This document shows, piece by piece, positions 8,825 to 18,756 of a stretch of 64,000 nucleotides of DNA; within the stretch, counting starts at the first letter, position 1, and each line of letters begins with the position of its first letter. Made by a program: the position numbers and the translations under genes. Location: positions 1 to 64,000 of the IMG/VR virus record IMGVR_UViG_3300030012_004221. One strand, written 5' to 3'. Below the pieces are notes generated by a model. It saw nothing but the letters and a program-made list of their open reading frames with translations. It was not told the origin of the DNA and made no database searches. The stretch comes from a virus.

Positions 8825-10732
8825 TTATTTTTTCTTTTTACTTCTTCCACTTATTTGACCTTTACAAACCTTAACTGCTCTACCACTTAAATAAGCTGAT
8901 GATTTTTCCCCTGCTGCTTTACGTCTTTTAATATATGCTTTTCCTTTAGGACATAATTCTTTTTCGTTTAGTTGTAATCCTAATTTAATAGTTTCAGCTA
9001 TTTCTTTTGCTAATTCTTCTTTAAGTAATTTATCAAGTGTTTTAGCTTGTTTATCATGTGCCTTAACTGACTTTTTAAGTTGGCCAGATATTTTTTTAAC
9101 TTTATTTTTTTCTGATTTTGATAATTCTGCTTCGTTCATGTCGTAATCATTAATTAATTTATTAACTCTATATAATTTATCTTCTAATTTATTTAGTTCA
9201 GCTCCATATCTATCAGCTATTTCTCCTCCTTCTGGTTCAGCTTCTTGCTCCATATCCCTGTATAATTGAGAAATTCTATCTTCAATATCTCTTTTTTCAT
9301 CTCTTAAATCTAATACATATTCAAAGTCAATACGTTCATTTACTACATCAATTTTTTTACCATCTAAATCTTTTAAAGTAATTGAAGTATATATTTTACC
9401 TAATCTATCAGGATCTTTTTGTGCTAATTCTAAAGCTAAATCTGGGTTTGATAAAATCATTCTTTCATATTTTGACTTACCTTTTAATGCTTCTCTCCAT
9501 TCAGGAGTATTACCTGCTTTAATATCTTTAAGAGTTTCCTCATATTTTTTATCTTCAAAACCATATTTACCTGAGTATATATCTAGTAGTTGTTTATCAT
9601 CACTCATAGTATTAGCAACTGTTCTATAAATAGACCCTGCACTTGTAGGATCTAATTTATCTATAGCTCCCATTACTTGTTTATTAAAAAGACCATACTT
9701 ACCTTTTGCAACATTACCTATAGCACTTGCTACAGCTTTTCCAGCTTTGCCTATTGGTTCTAATAAACTAGATAATTTTACTTCTAATAAAGCCATACTT
9801 AATTCAGATTTTGCATCCATGTCTATAAAATCATCTGACACTGCAAATAATTGTACTTTGCCATTTTCTAAATCTACTATTTCAATGTCTTCTAAATCAA
9901 ATTTATTTTTTAATCTATCACCTATAACCTTCATATTCATCATGGCTGCCGCAGCACCTAATCTTCTCATTTGTCCTGACATTGTTTCTTTACCCAATGC
10001 TGTTAGTGCTCCACTTCCAGTAGGGTAATCAATAAATGCATATAAAAAATTAGGATTATTTTTATCTTTTTTAAATCTAGGTTTTGATATTTTAGGTCTT
10101 TGATTTTCATCAACTTTACCTTTCATAAAGATTCTATCTCTATCAATTTCGTTTGGGTCTTCTTCTTTACTTCTCATCCACTTAGCTAATATTTCTCTAG
10201 CTTCTCTTTTATCTAGACCAAATTCTGCTGATATATAAGGACCAGCTCCAAACATATTAGTTACACCCGAATCTCTTAGACCATCTAAAAATGTAAATAT
10301 TGTTTTTTCAACACCTTCTTTTATGTTAGCTTTATCTATAGAGAAAAATGAAATTGAAGCCGGATAATCTCTATCACCCCCAAATTCCATTTCATAATCA
10401 CTAGTATCATAAAATTCAAAATTATATTTTTTAGTTTGATTGTTTGCTTTTTCAAAAGCATTTTTTACTTTTTGAATATTTTCAGCTGACCAATCTTGTA
10501 AACCAAATGTTTTTAAATAATATCCTTCTCTACCATTATAAGAACCACCTCTAAACATATCATCAAATCTAAGATCGCCTAACTCTTTTCTTAAAGCAGC
10601 TAATAATATTTGGGCGTCATCTTCTTTATGTAAAAGGCGAGGTTTGGGGGTTGCAGAAGGTAATTCGAAATCTTTATCAATTTCATTTAGATATTGTTTC
10701 TTAAAGTACCCAGTTATATTAAAGTTATCCAT
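8825..10732 (-). CDS. Multi-domain putative capsid-targeted polyprotein
   Basis: [17 protein letters not shown] leader; internal IKE/VDE/LLE/VNE/MNE/LNE boundaries; contains [12 protein letters not shown] and SAYLSG modules. Confidence 0.7.
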   Translation of the reverse strand: MDNFNITGYFKKQYLNEIDKDFELPSATPKPRLLHKEDDAQILLAALRKELGDLRFDDMFRGGSYNGREGYYLKTFGLQDWSAENIQKVKNAFEKANNQTKKYNFEFYDTSDYEMEFGGDRDYPASISFFSIDKANIKEGVEKTIFTFLDGLRDSGVTNMFGAGPYISAEFGLDKREAREILAKWMRSKEEDPNEIDRDRIFMKGKVDENQRPKISKPRFKKDKNNPNFLYAFIDYPTGSGALTALGKETMSGQMRRLGAAAAMMNMKVIGDRLKNKFDLEDIEIVDLENGKVQLFAVSDDFIDMDAKSELSMALLEVKLSSLLEPIGKAGKAVASAIGNVAKGKYGLFNKQVMGAIDKLDPTSAGSIYRTVANTMSDDKQLLDIYSGKYGFEDKKYEETLKDIKAGNTPEWREALKGKSKYERMILSNPDLALELAQKDPDRLGKIYTSITLKDLDGKKIDVVNERIDFEYVLDLRDEKRDIEDRISQLYRDMEQEAEPEGGEIADRYGAELNKLEDKLYRVNKLINDYDMNEAELSKSEKNKVKKISGQLKKSVKAHDKQAKTLDKLLKEELAKEIAETIKLGLQLNEKELCPKGKAYIKRRKAAGEKSSAYLSGRAVKVCKGQISGRSKKKK

Positions 10733-10743
10733 TAGATTTTATT

Positions 10744-10751
10744 TATAAATA
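10744..10751 (-). promoter_or_regulatory. Late motif TATTTATA
   Basis: 11 nt upstream of ATG 10732. Confidence 0.6.
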
Positions 10752-10763
10752 TATAAAAATATG

Positions 10764-11339
10764 TTACTTTTTAAGGCTTTCTAAATGTTCAATAGTTTTA
10801 CTTAATCCCTCATATACTTTCTTTACATTAGGACCACCTACCCACTTTTCAACATCACCTTGCTCTGTTATAAATGAATTATTTGATATAGTTAATTGTG
10901 ATTCTATATATTTTTTTATATCATCTATAAATCCATCTATGTCAGAATTTATGATTCTAGCTTCATAAGCTTCATATAACCCTGCAGTACGTAATTCGTG
11001 TTCAAATTTAATAACACAATCCATACATTTTTTATGAATATTCCAATATGGTTTATCAAGATCATTACGCATTTTAGATCCACAACAAGGACAAAATATA
11101 GGCATTATATGTGCTTTTTTAGCAGCATCTAATTTTGTAATATTTTGTTTTAAGCCATTTTTTATAGTCCATTTACGACCATCTGCTTCCCAAATATCAC
11201 CTTCTTTATATTGTTTTTCTGATTTAGAGTAACCAACACTTTGACCTACTTTATCACCATGTTTACCTTGAATAAGGTTACGCATTCTATTAACATCTCT
11301 TTCAGTAAATTGTTTTTTTAACCCTTGTACTTTGCTCAT
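10764..11339 (-). CDS. Zn-ribbon-containing phage protein
   Basis: CPCC...CMDC. Confidence 0.7.
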   Translation of the reverse strand: MSKVQGLKKQFTERDVNRMRNLIQGKHGDKVGQSVGYSKSEKQYKEGDIWEADGRKWTIKNGLKQNITKLDAAKKAHIMPIFCPCCGSKMRNDLDKPYWNIHKKCMDCVIKFEHELRTAGLYEAYEARIINSDIDGFIDDIKKYIESQLTISNNSFITEQGDVEKWVGGPNVKKVYEGLSKTIEHLESLKK

Positions 11340-11342
11340 AAA

Positions 11343-11549
11343 CTATATTTTTTGTAACTCTGTAATTATTGTCTGTATTTCTTCAGATGTTAATTTACCA
11401 TCAACTTTCCAAACTTTAATTTGATTTACTAATTCACTTATTAATATTTTTTGTTGTGGTGGGGGTGGTGTAAATGATTTAGTATTATTACTTCTTACTC
11501 GTGGAGAGCCACCTTTATAACCACCTCCTAAAGTTTTTATTTCACTCAT
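11343..11549 (-). CDS. Hypothetical protein
   Basis: 68 aa; ATGA overlap with upstream stop. Confidence 0.55.
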   Translation of the reverse strand: MSEIKTLGGGYKGGSPRVRSNNTKSFTPPPPQQKILISELVNQIKVWKVDGKLTSEEIQTIITELQKI

Positions 11550-14185
11550 AATCCTAGTTGTTTTAGTTGTTCAATTGTATCAGCAGCTGATGTGTGTAGT
11601 ATTCCTATACCACCTTGTGATCTCCATTGTTCAATATTTGATTCTCTATCGTCAATCAATATATGATTTGGTGCTGCATAATTTTGTTTTTTAGCTGCTT
11701 GAGCTAATGTTAATTTAATTCCAGGTAAATTATTTCTAACCCATAGTCTTTTACCTAATCTAGATGTTTGAGATCTAGAAGGGGATGATAATAATTCTAC
11801 ATCATAATTTTTAATGTAATCCCAATATCTTTTACCATCAGACATCCAAGGCATGCCTACCCAAAATGCTACACCTTCACCATCAGCTAATTCCCAAAAT
11901 TTTTCTTTACCAAATCTTTTTTCATATTCTGAAGGTGAAATACCATCAGAGTATTTTTCAAACCTACCATTAAAGTCAGTTATGACCCCATCCATATCCG
12001 AAAATATTTTATATTCTTTTTTATTCATAGCGTTTTCTACTTCTGTAGCTATTTCTCTTGCAAATTGGTTTAACCCAAAAGGATCCTTACCCAATTTATC
12101 ATTAAAACCAAATTTATGCTTGTATACTTCATTTAATGAGTCTGTCCAATTTCTAAATGTCATTGTACCTCTTAAATTAGCTTCTTGTTCTAATTTATTA
12201 AGACGTTCATCCTCTAATGTATTAGTAGTTTGTACATTATCCAACCTATTTTCTAAATACTGTATGTGATGTATCATTTCATGAGCGTATGAACGCGCTA
12301 TATCTTTAGGATGTCTACCTTCAGTATATAATGCTATAGTTTGTGTATTTGGGTCATAATACGCTGTTTTACCAAGAAATTGACTAGCATTATCAACATC
12401 ACCATCAATCATTTGTAACATAGGTAATGGTTGAATATTCATACCTTTATCTAACATATGTTGAGTAAATCTAGATAATATATCTATAAGATCTATTTTT
12501 TTAGAATATGTAGCATTTTCATTTATATTTTTTTTAGATTTTCTAACTAAACCCCATTTTGGTAATTTTTTACCTTTATACTCACCATCCATTTCATAGT
12601 TACGAACTGAGTATTTTTTACCATTTTCATCTTCTAATGATAATTTATATCTATTAACTCCTTCTCTACTATTTTTTATTACTTTAAGTTGTAATGATTT
12701 TTCTAATTTTTTACCTCCTAATGGAAAACCTTTAGGTGCCCTTAAAACATCACCAGGTAGTATTTGACCGTCATAATTTGTTAAGTCAATTGCTATTTCA
12801 TTGACATTAGTTGTTGTTTTTAATGTCTTAGATAATTGTAATGCCTTATAATATTTTTGATTTTTATCTCCTAATTGTACACCCTTTTTATCTTTATCTT
12901 TATCCATTTTTCTTAAACGAGCTAACTCTTTATTAATTTTAGATAATGGAATTTTTTTACCTTTAGGTATATTTAATCTTTTTCTAACAGTACCTTGTTT
13001 TAACTTACCTGCTTTTTTTCCTTTAGCAGCCATTTTTTCGTATGTGTCTCCTTCACCTATATCTCTATAATTGTTAGATGGTGGGAACGAATTCATTTTC
13101 TTTTTAGCTTGTTCTTTTGTTTTATAAGGACCAAATTCTTGTCTTATACCTGGAGAGAATGGATTATCTTGTATAAAGTAATACTTATCTCCTCGTTTTT
13201 CAATAGCTCTATAACGACTTCTACCTCCAAATCCTTTTCTTTCTTTTACTTTATCGTATCCAGATCCAAATGGAGCAGCTTTACCATCGTGGTTAGGCGC
13301 TACATTTTCATTTTTTTGTTTTTGTTTTTTTAAACGTTGAGTTTTCTTTTTAGATGCTTCTTTTTTATCTTTAATATATTCAAATCCAGCTTTTAATTTT
13401 TTCTTTTTAGCTGGGTCCTTAGTTCTAGATAAGGCTGCTCTTACTCTTTGATGAATTAAATTTATAATTTGGGATTGTCTAGCATGTGATTTAGCTTTAA
13501 ATGATGCTTTACCTAAAGTATCTACTATATCTTGTCTAGTACTAAACTTAACACCTACAGTATCTTTAGGATCTTCATCTGTGTATAGTCTTCTACTTGA
13601 TCCTTTAGGTTTTTTACCTGTTCCTTTTTTGGGATCATTTTCATCTAACCAAGCTTCTAATAAAGCAATTTCATCTAATCTTTGTACTAGTTTATATATT
13701 TCAGATTTTTCTTTTACTTCATCAGGTATAAATTTAATAAAATCCTCTTCTTTATCTAATGCTTTTCTAGCATTAGTTCCACTCATATCAGGATCATAAG
13801 TAGGGATTACTTTAACAATAATATTAGGATATTTATCTAAATTACTAGTTCTAGCAGATACATCATCTAAATCATCTTGTCTTCCTTCTCTATAACCAAT
13901 AACAAAATAAATAATATCCTGAGGGTTATCTTTAGCTAAACGTAAAATATCTCCAATTGGTGATTTTGATGGTTGTATATTAACTTTATTAGCTAAATAT
14001 TTTTTATATATGTCCCAAATTTGAATAGCTTCAAATTGGTCTATACCATCACGTACTTTACCTCCTACATAAATGTAAAATTCATCTATTTCAGGAAATT
14101 CCTGAAGAGCATTTTTTACAATTTCAAAATGACCTGCTGTTGGTGGTTTAAAACCCCCTCCATATGCTGCTAATACTTTACCCAT
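11546..14185 (-). CDS. Polyprotein: HIGH-family nucleotidyltransferase + basic modules + HExxH metallopeptidase-like domain + HAD 5'(3')-nucleotidase-like domain
   Basis: Likely start MGKVLAAYGGGFKPPTAGH (ATG 14185, overlapping kinase gene end); MSGT motif; AHEMIHH...E; C-terminal FSDMDGV...LIDD. Confidence 0.8.
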   Translation of the reverse strand: MGKVLAAYGGGFKPPTAGHFEIVKNALQEFPEIDEFYIYVGGKVRDGIDQFEAIQIWDIYKKYLANKVNIQPSKSPIGDILRLAKDNPQDIIYFVIGYREGRQDDLDDVSARTSNLDKYPNIIVKVIPTYDPDMSGTNARKALDKEEDFIKFIPDEVKEKSEIYKLVQRLDEIALLEAWLDENDPKKGTGKKPKGSSRRLYTDEDPKDTVGVKFSTRQDIVDTLGKASFKAKSHARQSQIINLIHQRVRAALSRTKDPAKKKKLKAGFEYIKDKKEASKKKTQRLKKQKQKNENVAPNHDGKAAPFGSGYDKVKERKGFGGRSRYRAIEKRGDKYYFIQDNPFSPGIRQEFGPYKTKEQAKKKMNSFPPSNNYRDIGEGDTYEKMAAKGKKAGKLKQGTVRKRLNIPKGKKIPLSKINKELARLRKMDKDKDKKGVQLGDKNQKYYKALQLSKTLKTTTNVNEIAIDLTNYDGQILPGDVLRAPKGFPLGGKKLEKSLQLKVIKNSREGVNRYKLSLEDENGKKYSVRNYEMDGEYKGKKLPKWGLVRKSKKNINENATYSKKIDLIDILSRFTQHMLDKGMNIQPLPMLQMIDGDVDNASQFLGKTAYYDPNTQTIALYTEGRHPKDIARSYAHEMIHHIQYLENRLDNVQTTNTLEDERLNKLEQEANLRGTMTFRNWTDSLNEVYKHKFGFNDKLGKDPFGLNQFAREIATEVENAMNKKEYKIFSDMDGVITDFNGRFEKYSDGISPSEYEKRFGKEKFWELADGEGVAFWVGMPWMSDGKRYWDYIKNYDVELLSSPSRSQTSRLGKRLWVRNNLPGIKLTLAQAAKKQNYAAPNHILIDDRESNIEQWRSQGGIGILHTSAADTIEQLKQLGL

Positions 14186-14975
14186 TAATAAATGATTTAA
14201 TTTTTGCTTGAGCTTCTTCCCTTGAAACTGAATTATCAATTATATCTTTAACACCTTCATCCGATAATAATGCCTTAATATCAGCATTTAATTGTGCTTT
14301 TGCTTTATCTGATCTTGCCTGTGCTTTTTCGTCTTTTGGTTTTGTGTTTTGTGGTTTAAAAGGATCTAAATATTTTTTTACTATATCTTCTAAATTATCT
14401 AATTTTTCATCTTGTAATAAATTTGATACAGATACAAAATTATTACCAAATAAATCTTTGTATGGTTGATAATTTTTCGTAACTGAGTTCCATGTTCTCA
14501 TTACTATAGCAGGTGCTAAACTTCTATCACCTGATTTATCAAATCTGTCTTGATTTTGTTTTAATGATCTTTCTAAATCAGTATAAACATAAAGCATAAA
14601 TACTTCATAACCAGCATCTTCTAATTCTCTTTTTAATTTTTCTGTTTGTCCATATGATGCGGCAGTTCCATCTAATATAAATGATTCTCTATTAGCTATT
14701 GCTTTAGGTAAGTCTTCATCTTTTAATTTTGCAGTAGCTTGTCGCATTAATTTAGCTGCTTGGCTTCTTTCTTCAGGGGTAGCATTTTTTAAATCTAAAC
14801 TTACACCTGCTTTTTTTAGTAAAGGAACAAAATCAAAATCTATATTATATGTAGTTAAACTAGATAAGTCTAACCCTTTAAGGATATATCCTTTTCCAGC
14901 TCCAGGTGCACCTGCTAATATAATTGCTTTAGGTGATGATGTTGCTTCTTTTAGTAATTGCATTAATTTTATCAT
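14178..14975 (-). CDS. P-loop kinase (zeta-toxin/AAA_33-like) with targeting leader
   Basis: GAPGAGKG Walker A, FILDGT, R-rich lid; leader MIKLMQLLKE. Confidence 0.8.
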   Translation of the reverse strand: MIKLMQLLKEATSSPKAIILAGAPGAGKGYILKGLDLSSLTTYNIDFDFVPLLKKAGVSLDLKNATPEERSQAAKLMRQATAKLKDEDLPKAIANRESFILDGTAASYGQTEKLKRELEDAGYEVFMLYVYTDLERSLKQNQDRFDKSGDRSLAPAIVMRTWNSVTKNYQPYKDLFGNNFVSVSNLLQDEKLDNLEDIVKKYLDPFKPQNTKPKDEKAQARSDKAKAQLNADIKALLSDEGVKDIIDNSVSREEAQAKIKSFING

Positions 14976-15505
14976 ATTCTTGGTTTTCCAAACATTGTTT
15001 TTCTATACTTTTTACCACCTAATATTCTATCATATGAACCATCATCATACATTTTTATTTCTTTACCTTTAAGTGCTTTACGAATTGTTTCTTCATCAGT
15101 AACTTGTATTACATTTGCATTACGTAAAATACCTTCAATAGCACCTGATGCCTCAATATAATTTCCAGGTTCATCTAATTTATCAATTGTACGACCTATA
15201 GCTCCTCTTTTACCTGGGCTAGTTCCATCATGTCCTATACCAACATGTTTAGTACCACCTGCTCTTTGTTTTGTTACTGTTACAGCATCTAAACCTGAGT
15301 CATCATCTAAATCAATAATTTCATAGTCTGAACCTGCTAAATCACTAACCGATTTATAATTAGGATGACCTCCAATAGGTCCATAAGCATTTTGGATTAA
15401 ATCTAGAATATCTACTTCTAAATCTTTTATATCATTGCCCGATAGCGGTACCCATTTGTTTTTAGGTATACTCACTTCTTTTAACAGCTGTACTAATGAT
15501 ATCAT
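14972..15505 (-). CDS. Hypothetical enzyme, possibly GNAT-like, with targeting leader
   Basis: Leader MISLVQLLKE; AYGPIGG, GHDG, YIEASG motifs; fold assignment is a guess. Confidence 0.6.
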   Translation of the reverse strand: MISLVQLLKEVSIPKNKWVPLSGNDIKDLEVDILDLIQNAYGPIGGHPNYKSVSDLAGSDYEIIDLDDDSGLDAVTVTKQRAGGTKHVGIGHDGTSPGKRGAIGRTIDKLDEPGNYIEASGAIEGILRNANVIQVTDEETIRKALKGKEIKMYDDGSYDRILGGKKYRKTMFGKPRI

Positions 15506-15521
15506 GAATTGAATATTTTGT

Positions 15522-15529
15522 TATAAATA
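15522..15529 (-). promoter_or_regulatory. Late motif TATTTATA
   Basis: Upstream of ATG 15505. Confidence 0.6.
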
Positions 15530-16327
15530 TCACAATTTCCGTTTAGCTGTAGTTCTAAATTCAGTAAAGCTTGGTTTATGTCTAGGATTTTCTAAGTCAA
15601 ATAATTTTTTAACAGTATTAAATATACCAATATTTTCTTCTTGGGTACGTTTTGACTCAAATAACTCCCATCCTTTACCTTGTATAGCACCTTCTTTAGG
15701 TCCTCTTTTAGATGATTTTAACCATAAAATACCATATCTATCTGCTGTTTTACCAAAACATTCTTCATAACATTTACCATAAACTGCTGTTTGTAGTTCA
15801 TATGTAGTTTGTAAATGATTAGATGTTTTAAAATCAATAATCCATAATTCACCATCAATTTCACATATCATATCACAGGTACCTGCTACTTTAAGTTTAT
15901 CCGAAAATATGTGCACTTCAGTTTCAATTAATGTTGGATTATATGTTTCCCAAAAATCAACAAATTTTAAAAACATTTGCCATACATCTGGATTATACAT
16001 TGGTTGACCATTAACTAAGAAATTTAATTCTTTACCTTTTAAATAGTCTTCACACATTTCATGTACTTTTGTTCCTTCTTCACCTGCTTTTTTTACTATC
16101 CAATCAGCACTATAACCAACCTTTTTTAGCCAATCCTGAAAATGTTTGCCTTTAGGATAATAACTTAAAACATAAGTTATAGATGGATAATATTTTCCAT
16201 TTCGTTTATAATACCTAGCATCTGGTAAGGTTATTTGTTTTGAATCTTCACTAATTTCTAAGACTCTATTATATGACTTTTTATAATAAGTCGTTGAATT
16301 TGTTAGATTAATTTTTTTCTTACTCAT
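15530..16327 (-). CDS. PD-(D/E)xK exonuclease (RecB/Cas4-like)
   Basis: YPSIT, GTKVH, AGTCD, IIDFKTS, QTAVY motifs. Confidence 0.85.
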   Translation of the reverse strand: MSKKKINLTNSTTYYKKSYNRVLEISEDSKQITLPDARYYKRNGKYYPSITYVLSYYPKGKHFQDWLKKVGYSADWIVKKAGEEGTKVHEMCEDYLKGKELNFLVNGQPMYNPDVWQMFLKFVDFWETYNPTLIETEVHIFSDKLKVAGTCDMICEIDGELWIIDFKTSNHLQTTYELQTAVYGKCYEECFGKTADRYGILWLKSSKRGPKEGAIQGKGWELFESKRTQEENIGIFNTVKKLFDLENPRHKPSFTEFRTTAKRKL

Positions 16328-17259
16328 ATAAGTTGTAATTTTTTCTCCATTAAATCATATTGTGATAATGGAAGCGTTTTTTGGATTAAATTTGTAAAAT
16401 AGTTAAATCCCATTTCACTAGGGTCTTTCCCTTCGAGTTCTACTAAGTAGACCTCCTTTCCTTCATCCATAAACTTTTCAGCAAACTTTAATGCTTGCTT
16501 TCTAGCATCAGAATCTAGAGCAATATATATTTTTTCTACTGTTGACTTAACAATTTTCATTAATAAATTTTGTTGTAAATTTTTACCTAGTAATGGTATT
16601 GCATTTCGTTTTATAGCAATAGCATCAAATGGACCTTCACATAAAACTAATGGTAAATCCCAATTAATAAATAACTCAAATGGAATTATATTTCTTGATG
16701 TTTCTGGATTACGGTATTTAATATATGGTTTATCTTCAAATGATCTACCTGTAAAATAATTTAAATGACCTTTTTCATCATATGAAGGTATAATAATCAT
16801 ATTTTGGTATCTACCAGATGTACAATATCCTAAATTATATTTAATAATATCTTCTTCAGTAATACCTCTATTTTTTAAATAAGACATAGCACGTCTACCC
16901 TCTATATCAGACATAGTAATATTAGAAAAATATTTTATTTCTTTAGGTAATTTTAATATTTTTTTATCTGTAGAACTTGGATTATATTCTTGTTCATTAC
17001 CTATTAATTTATATAATTCATTAAATTTTTCGGATGACGCATTTACTTTTTTAAATAATGTAGAAATTCGTGTACCTTTTTTATCACATACCCAACAATG
17101 CCAAGGATTATATCCTTTTTTATTCTGGGAGTAATTAATTTCTAATTTTTGCTTATGGTGATTGCAATAAGGACAAGAATGTGCCTGATTACCTCTTGCA
17201 GTACGTTTACCTGATCCTAGTACTGAATTTACTAGATTTATTAATAGTTCATTTACCAT
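16324..17259 (-). CDS. DNA primase (Zn finger + TOPRIM)
   Basis: CPYC...HCWVC; YLKNRGI; LCEGPFDA; ALDSDA; KDPSE. Confidence 0.9.
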   Translation of the reverse strand: MVNELLINLVNSVLGSGKRTARGNQAHSCPYCNHHKQKLEINYSQNKKGYNPWHCWVCDKKGTRISTLFKKVNASSEKFNELYKLIGNEQEYNPSSTDKKILKLPKEIKYFSNITMSDIEGRRAMSYLKNRGITEEDIIKYNLGYCTSGRYQNMIIIPSYDEKGHLNYFTGRSFEDKPYIKYRNPETSRNIIPFELFINWDLPLVLCEGPFDAIAIKRNAIPLLGKNLQQNLLMKIVKSTVEKIYIALDSDARKQALKFAEKFMDEGKEVYLVELEGKDPSEMGFNYFTNLIQKTLPLSQYDLMEKKLQLI

Positions 17260-17267
17260 GGTGGTTT

Positions 17268-17297
17268 AATATACAAAACTAATTTTATGCATCAAAA
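17268..17297 (-). promoter_or_regulatory. Variant early/middle promoter TTTTG-N15-TTTGTATATT
   Basis: Same spacing as the consensus; directly upstream of primase. Confidence 0.55.
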
Positions 17298-17302
17298 CTA
17301 TA

Positions 17303-17752
17303 TTATTGAAAATCTTTAGTATAAAATTTACCTAAAATATTATCATTCCAAAATTCATCTGGTTTTTCTAATACTTGATAAATCATTTGGAATTTTGTTT
17401 CATAATATGTAAGTAATTTTTTACTATCAGCGGCTGCTAATATTTCTCTTTCCCAATTATCTGCAGGTTCAGTTTTTACTAATTCTAATATTTCTTTATT
17501 AGATCCCCAATATGTTTTCCAATCGGACTCTTTTACTGCTAGTTTATAAGCAGGTCTTCTACCAACAACTCCTTGGTATTCTAATAAATCTTTTTTTGTT
17601 AATTTTACTTTCCTAGTAAAGAATAGTATTTTTTTACCTATATATTTTTTATTTGTAGGTAAATGGGTTATTTTATAAACAAACCCATAAGTATGATCAG
17701 GGAAGTCAGACACTGTGTCTACTTCCTGGTTTTGGTATATCCAATTATTCAT
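17303..17752 (-). CDS. GIY-YIG endonuclease (T4 endonuclease II/DenA-like)
   Basis: GFVYKIT...YIGKK...ESDWKTYWGS...NDNI. Confidence 0.8.
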   Translation of the reverse strand: MNNWIYQNQEVDTVSDFPDHTYGFVYKITHLPTNKKYIGKKILFFTRKVKLTKKDLLEYQGVVGRRPAYKLAVKESDWKTYWGSNKEILELVKTEPADNWEREILAAADSKKLLTYYETKFQMIYQVLEKPDEFWNDNILGKFYTKDFQ

Positions 17753-18753
17753 TATACGTCATAGTTAACTATGATCGTTGTGTCTGTAAATTGTGAAATT
17801 GGTAATGGAAATGACAATTTTCCAACAGCTACCAACTCAGTATTTTCATTATATAATCCAACACAAGTCACATATGGTTCAAAAAATGATGATGTAACAT
17901 AGTCATAATATTCAACATTATAACTTCCACTACTACCATTGTTTTTAAGTAATGAAGGATTTGTTGAGTAACCAAATTCGTTTTCTAAAATTGTACATTT
18001 ATATTGTTGTTCGTAAATAGTAATCGATGATGAAAATTCAAATTTCATATTATCAAGACCACCAACACCAGCTGCCTGTTTACCTATATTTGTTAATGGT
18101 TTTGAATTATTACTTCCTGTTGTAATAACTGCTATTCCCTGGTTGTAGAATATTTGACCCACAACTAAACTAGTATTAGTATCTCCACCTGATGAAGATA
18201 TAGAACTGCTTATAAGATTTCCTTCACCATCATCAACTATTTCAAATTGGCTATAATATGGTGATTGTTCATATGTAAATTTAAAAGTATAAGGTACAAT
18301 TCCTTCACCAAATAATTTTTGAGGTATTGAAAATGTGGTTATCACATCATCAGATGCTGTTGGAAAAAACCTTTTTTGTTCTAAAGTTGATTGTAAATAA
18401 TTATCAAATCTTGGTGCTATAATTGGACCAAAAAAGTAATCATCTTCTCTAGTAGCGCCTGGTAATACACTTTGTGTAGTAGCATTATCACCTGTACTTT
18501 GGGTTAAAAAGTTAGTATAATAAAGATGTTTAGCACTATTATAAACATTTCCTTGAGAAGATGTAAAAACAAATCCAGTTGAAGTACCGTAACTACTACT
18601 TTTAGTTACTAAATCCCAGTTTCTTCCAAAAAAGACATTAAGACCATATTCTGATCCAGTGATTTCAGAACTACCAGATAAAAGCCATCCCTTATCGGCA
18701 CAGAAAGGTGTTTGAATAACATCCTTGGTTGTAAATTGTTTGAATGCGCTCAT
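17752..18753 (-). CDS. Tail/baseplate structural protein (tail-fibre-collar-like C-terminus)
   Basis: C-terminal YVTCVGLYNENTELVAVGKLS; paralogous to next gene. Confidence 0.7.
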   Translation of the reverse strand: MSAFKQFTTKDVIQTPFCADKGWLLSGSSEITGSEYGLNVFFGRNWDLVTKSSSYGTSTGFVFTSSQGNVYNSAKHLYYTNFLTQSTGDNATTQSVLPGATREDDYFFGPIIAPRFDNYLQSTLEQKRFFPTASDDVITTFSIPQKLFGEGIVPYTFKFTYEQSPYYSQFEIVDDGEGNLISSSISSSGGDTNTSLVVGQIFYNQGIAVITTGSNNSKPLTNIGKQAAGVGGLDNMKFEFSSSITIYEQQYKCTILENEFGYSTNPSLLKNNGSSGSYNVEYYDYVTSSFFEPYVTCVGLYNENTELVAVGKLSFPLPISQFTDTTIIVNYDV

Positions 18754-18756
18754 CCA

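Noticed and set aside
14186-14239. Track start of the 897-aa ORF
   Set aside because: Lies within the kinase gene; ATG 14185 directly precedes the nucleotidyltransferase first strand
14178-14975. Zeta toxin as part of a toxin-antitoxin pair
   Set aside because: No epsilon-like antitoxin adjacent; leader and context point to a packaged kinase
15530-16327. Cas4-like nuclease as evidence of CRISPR-Cas
   Set aside because: Stand-alone phage exonuclease next to primase; no Fe-S Cys cluster and no array
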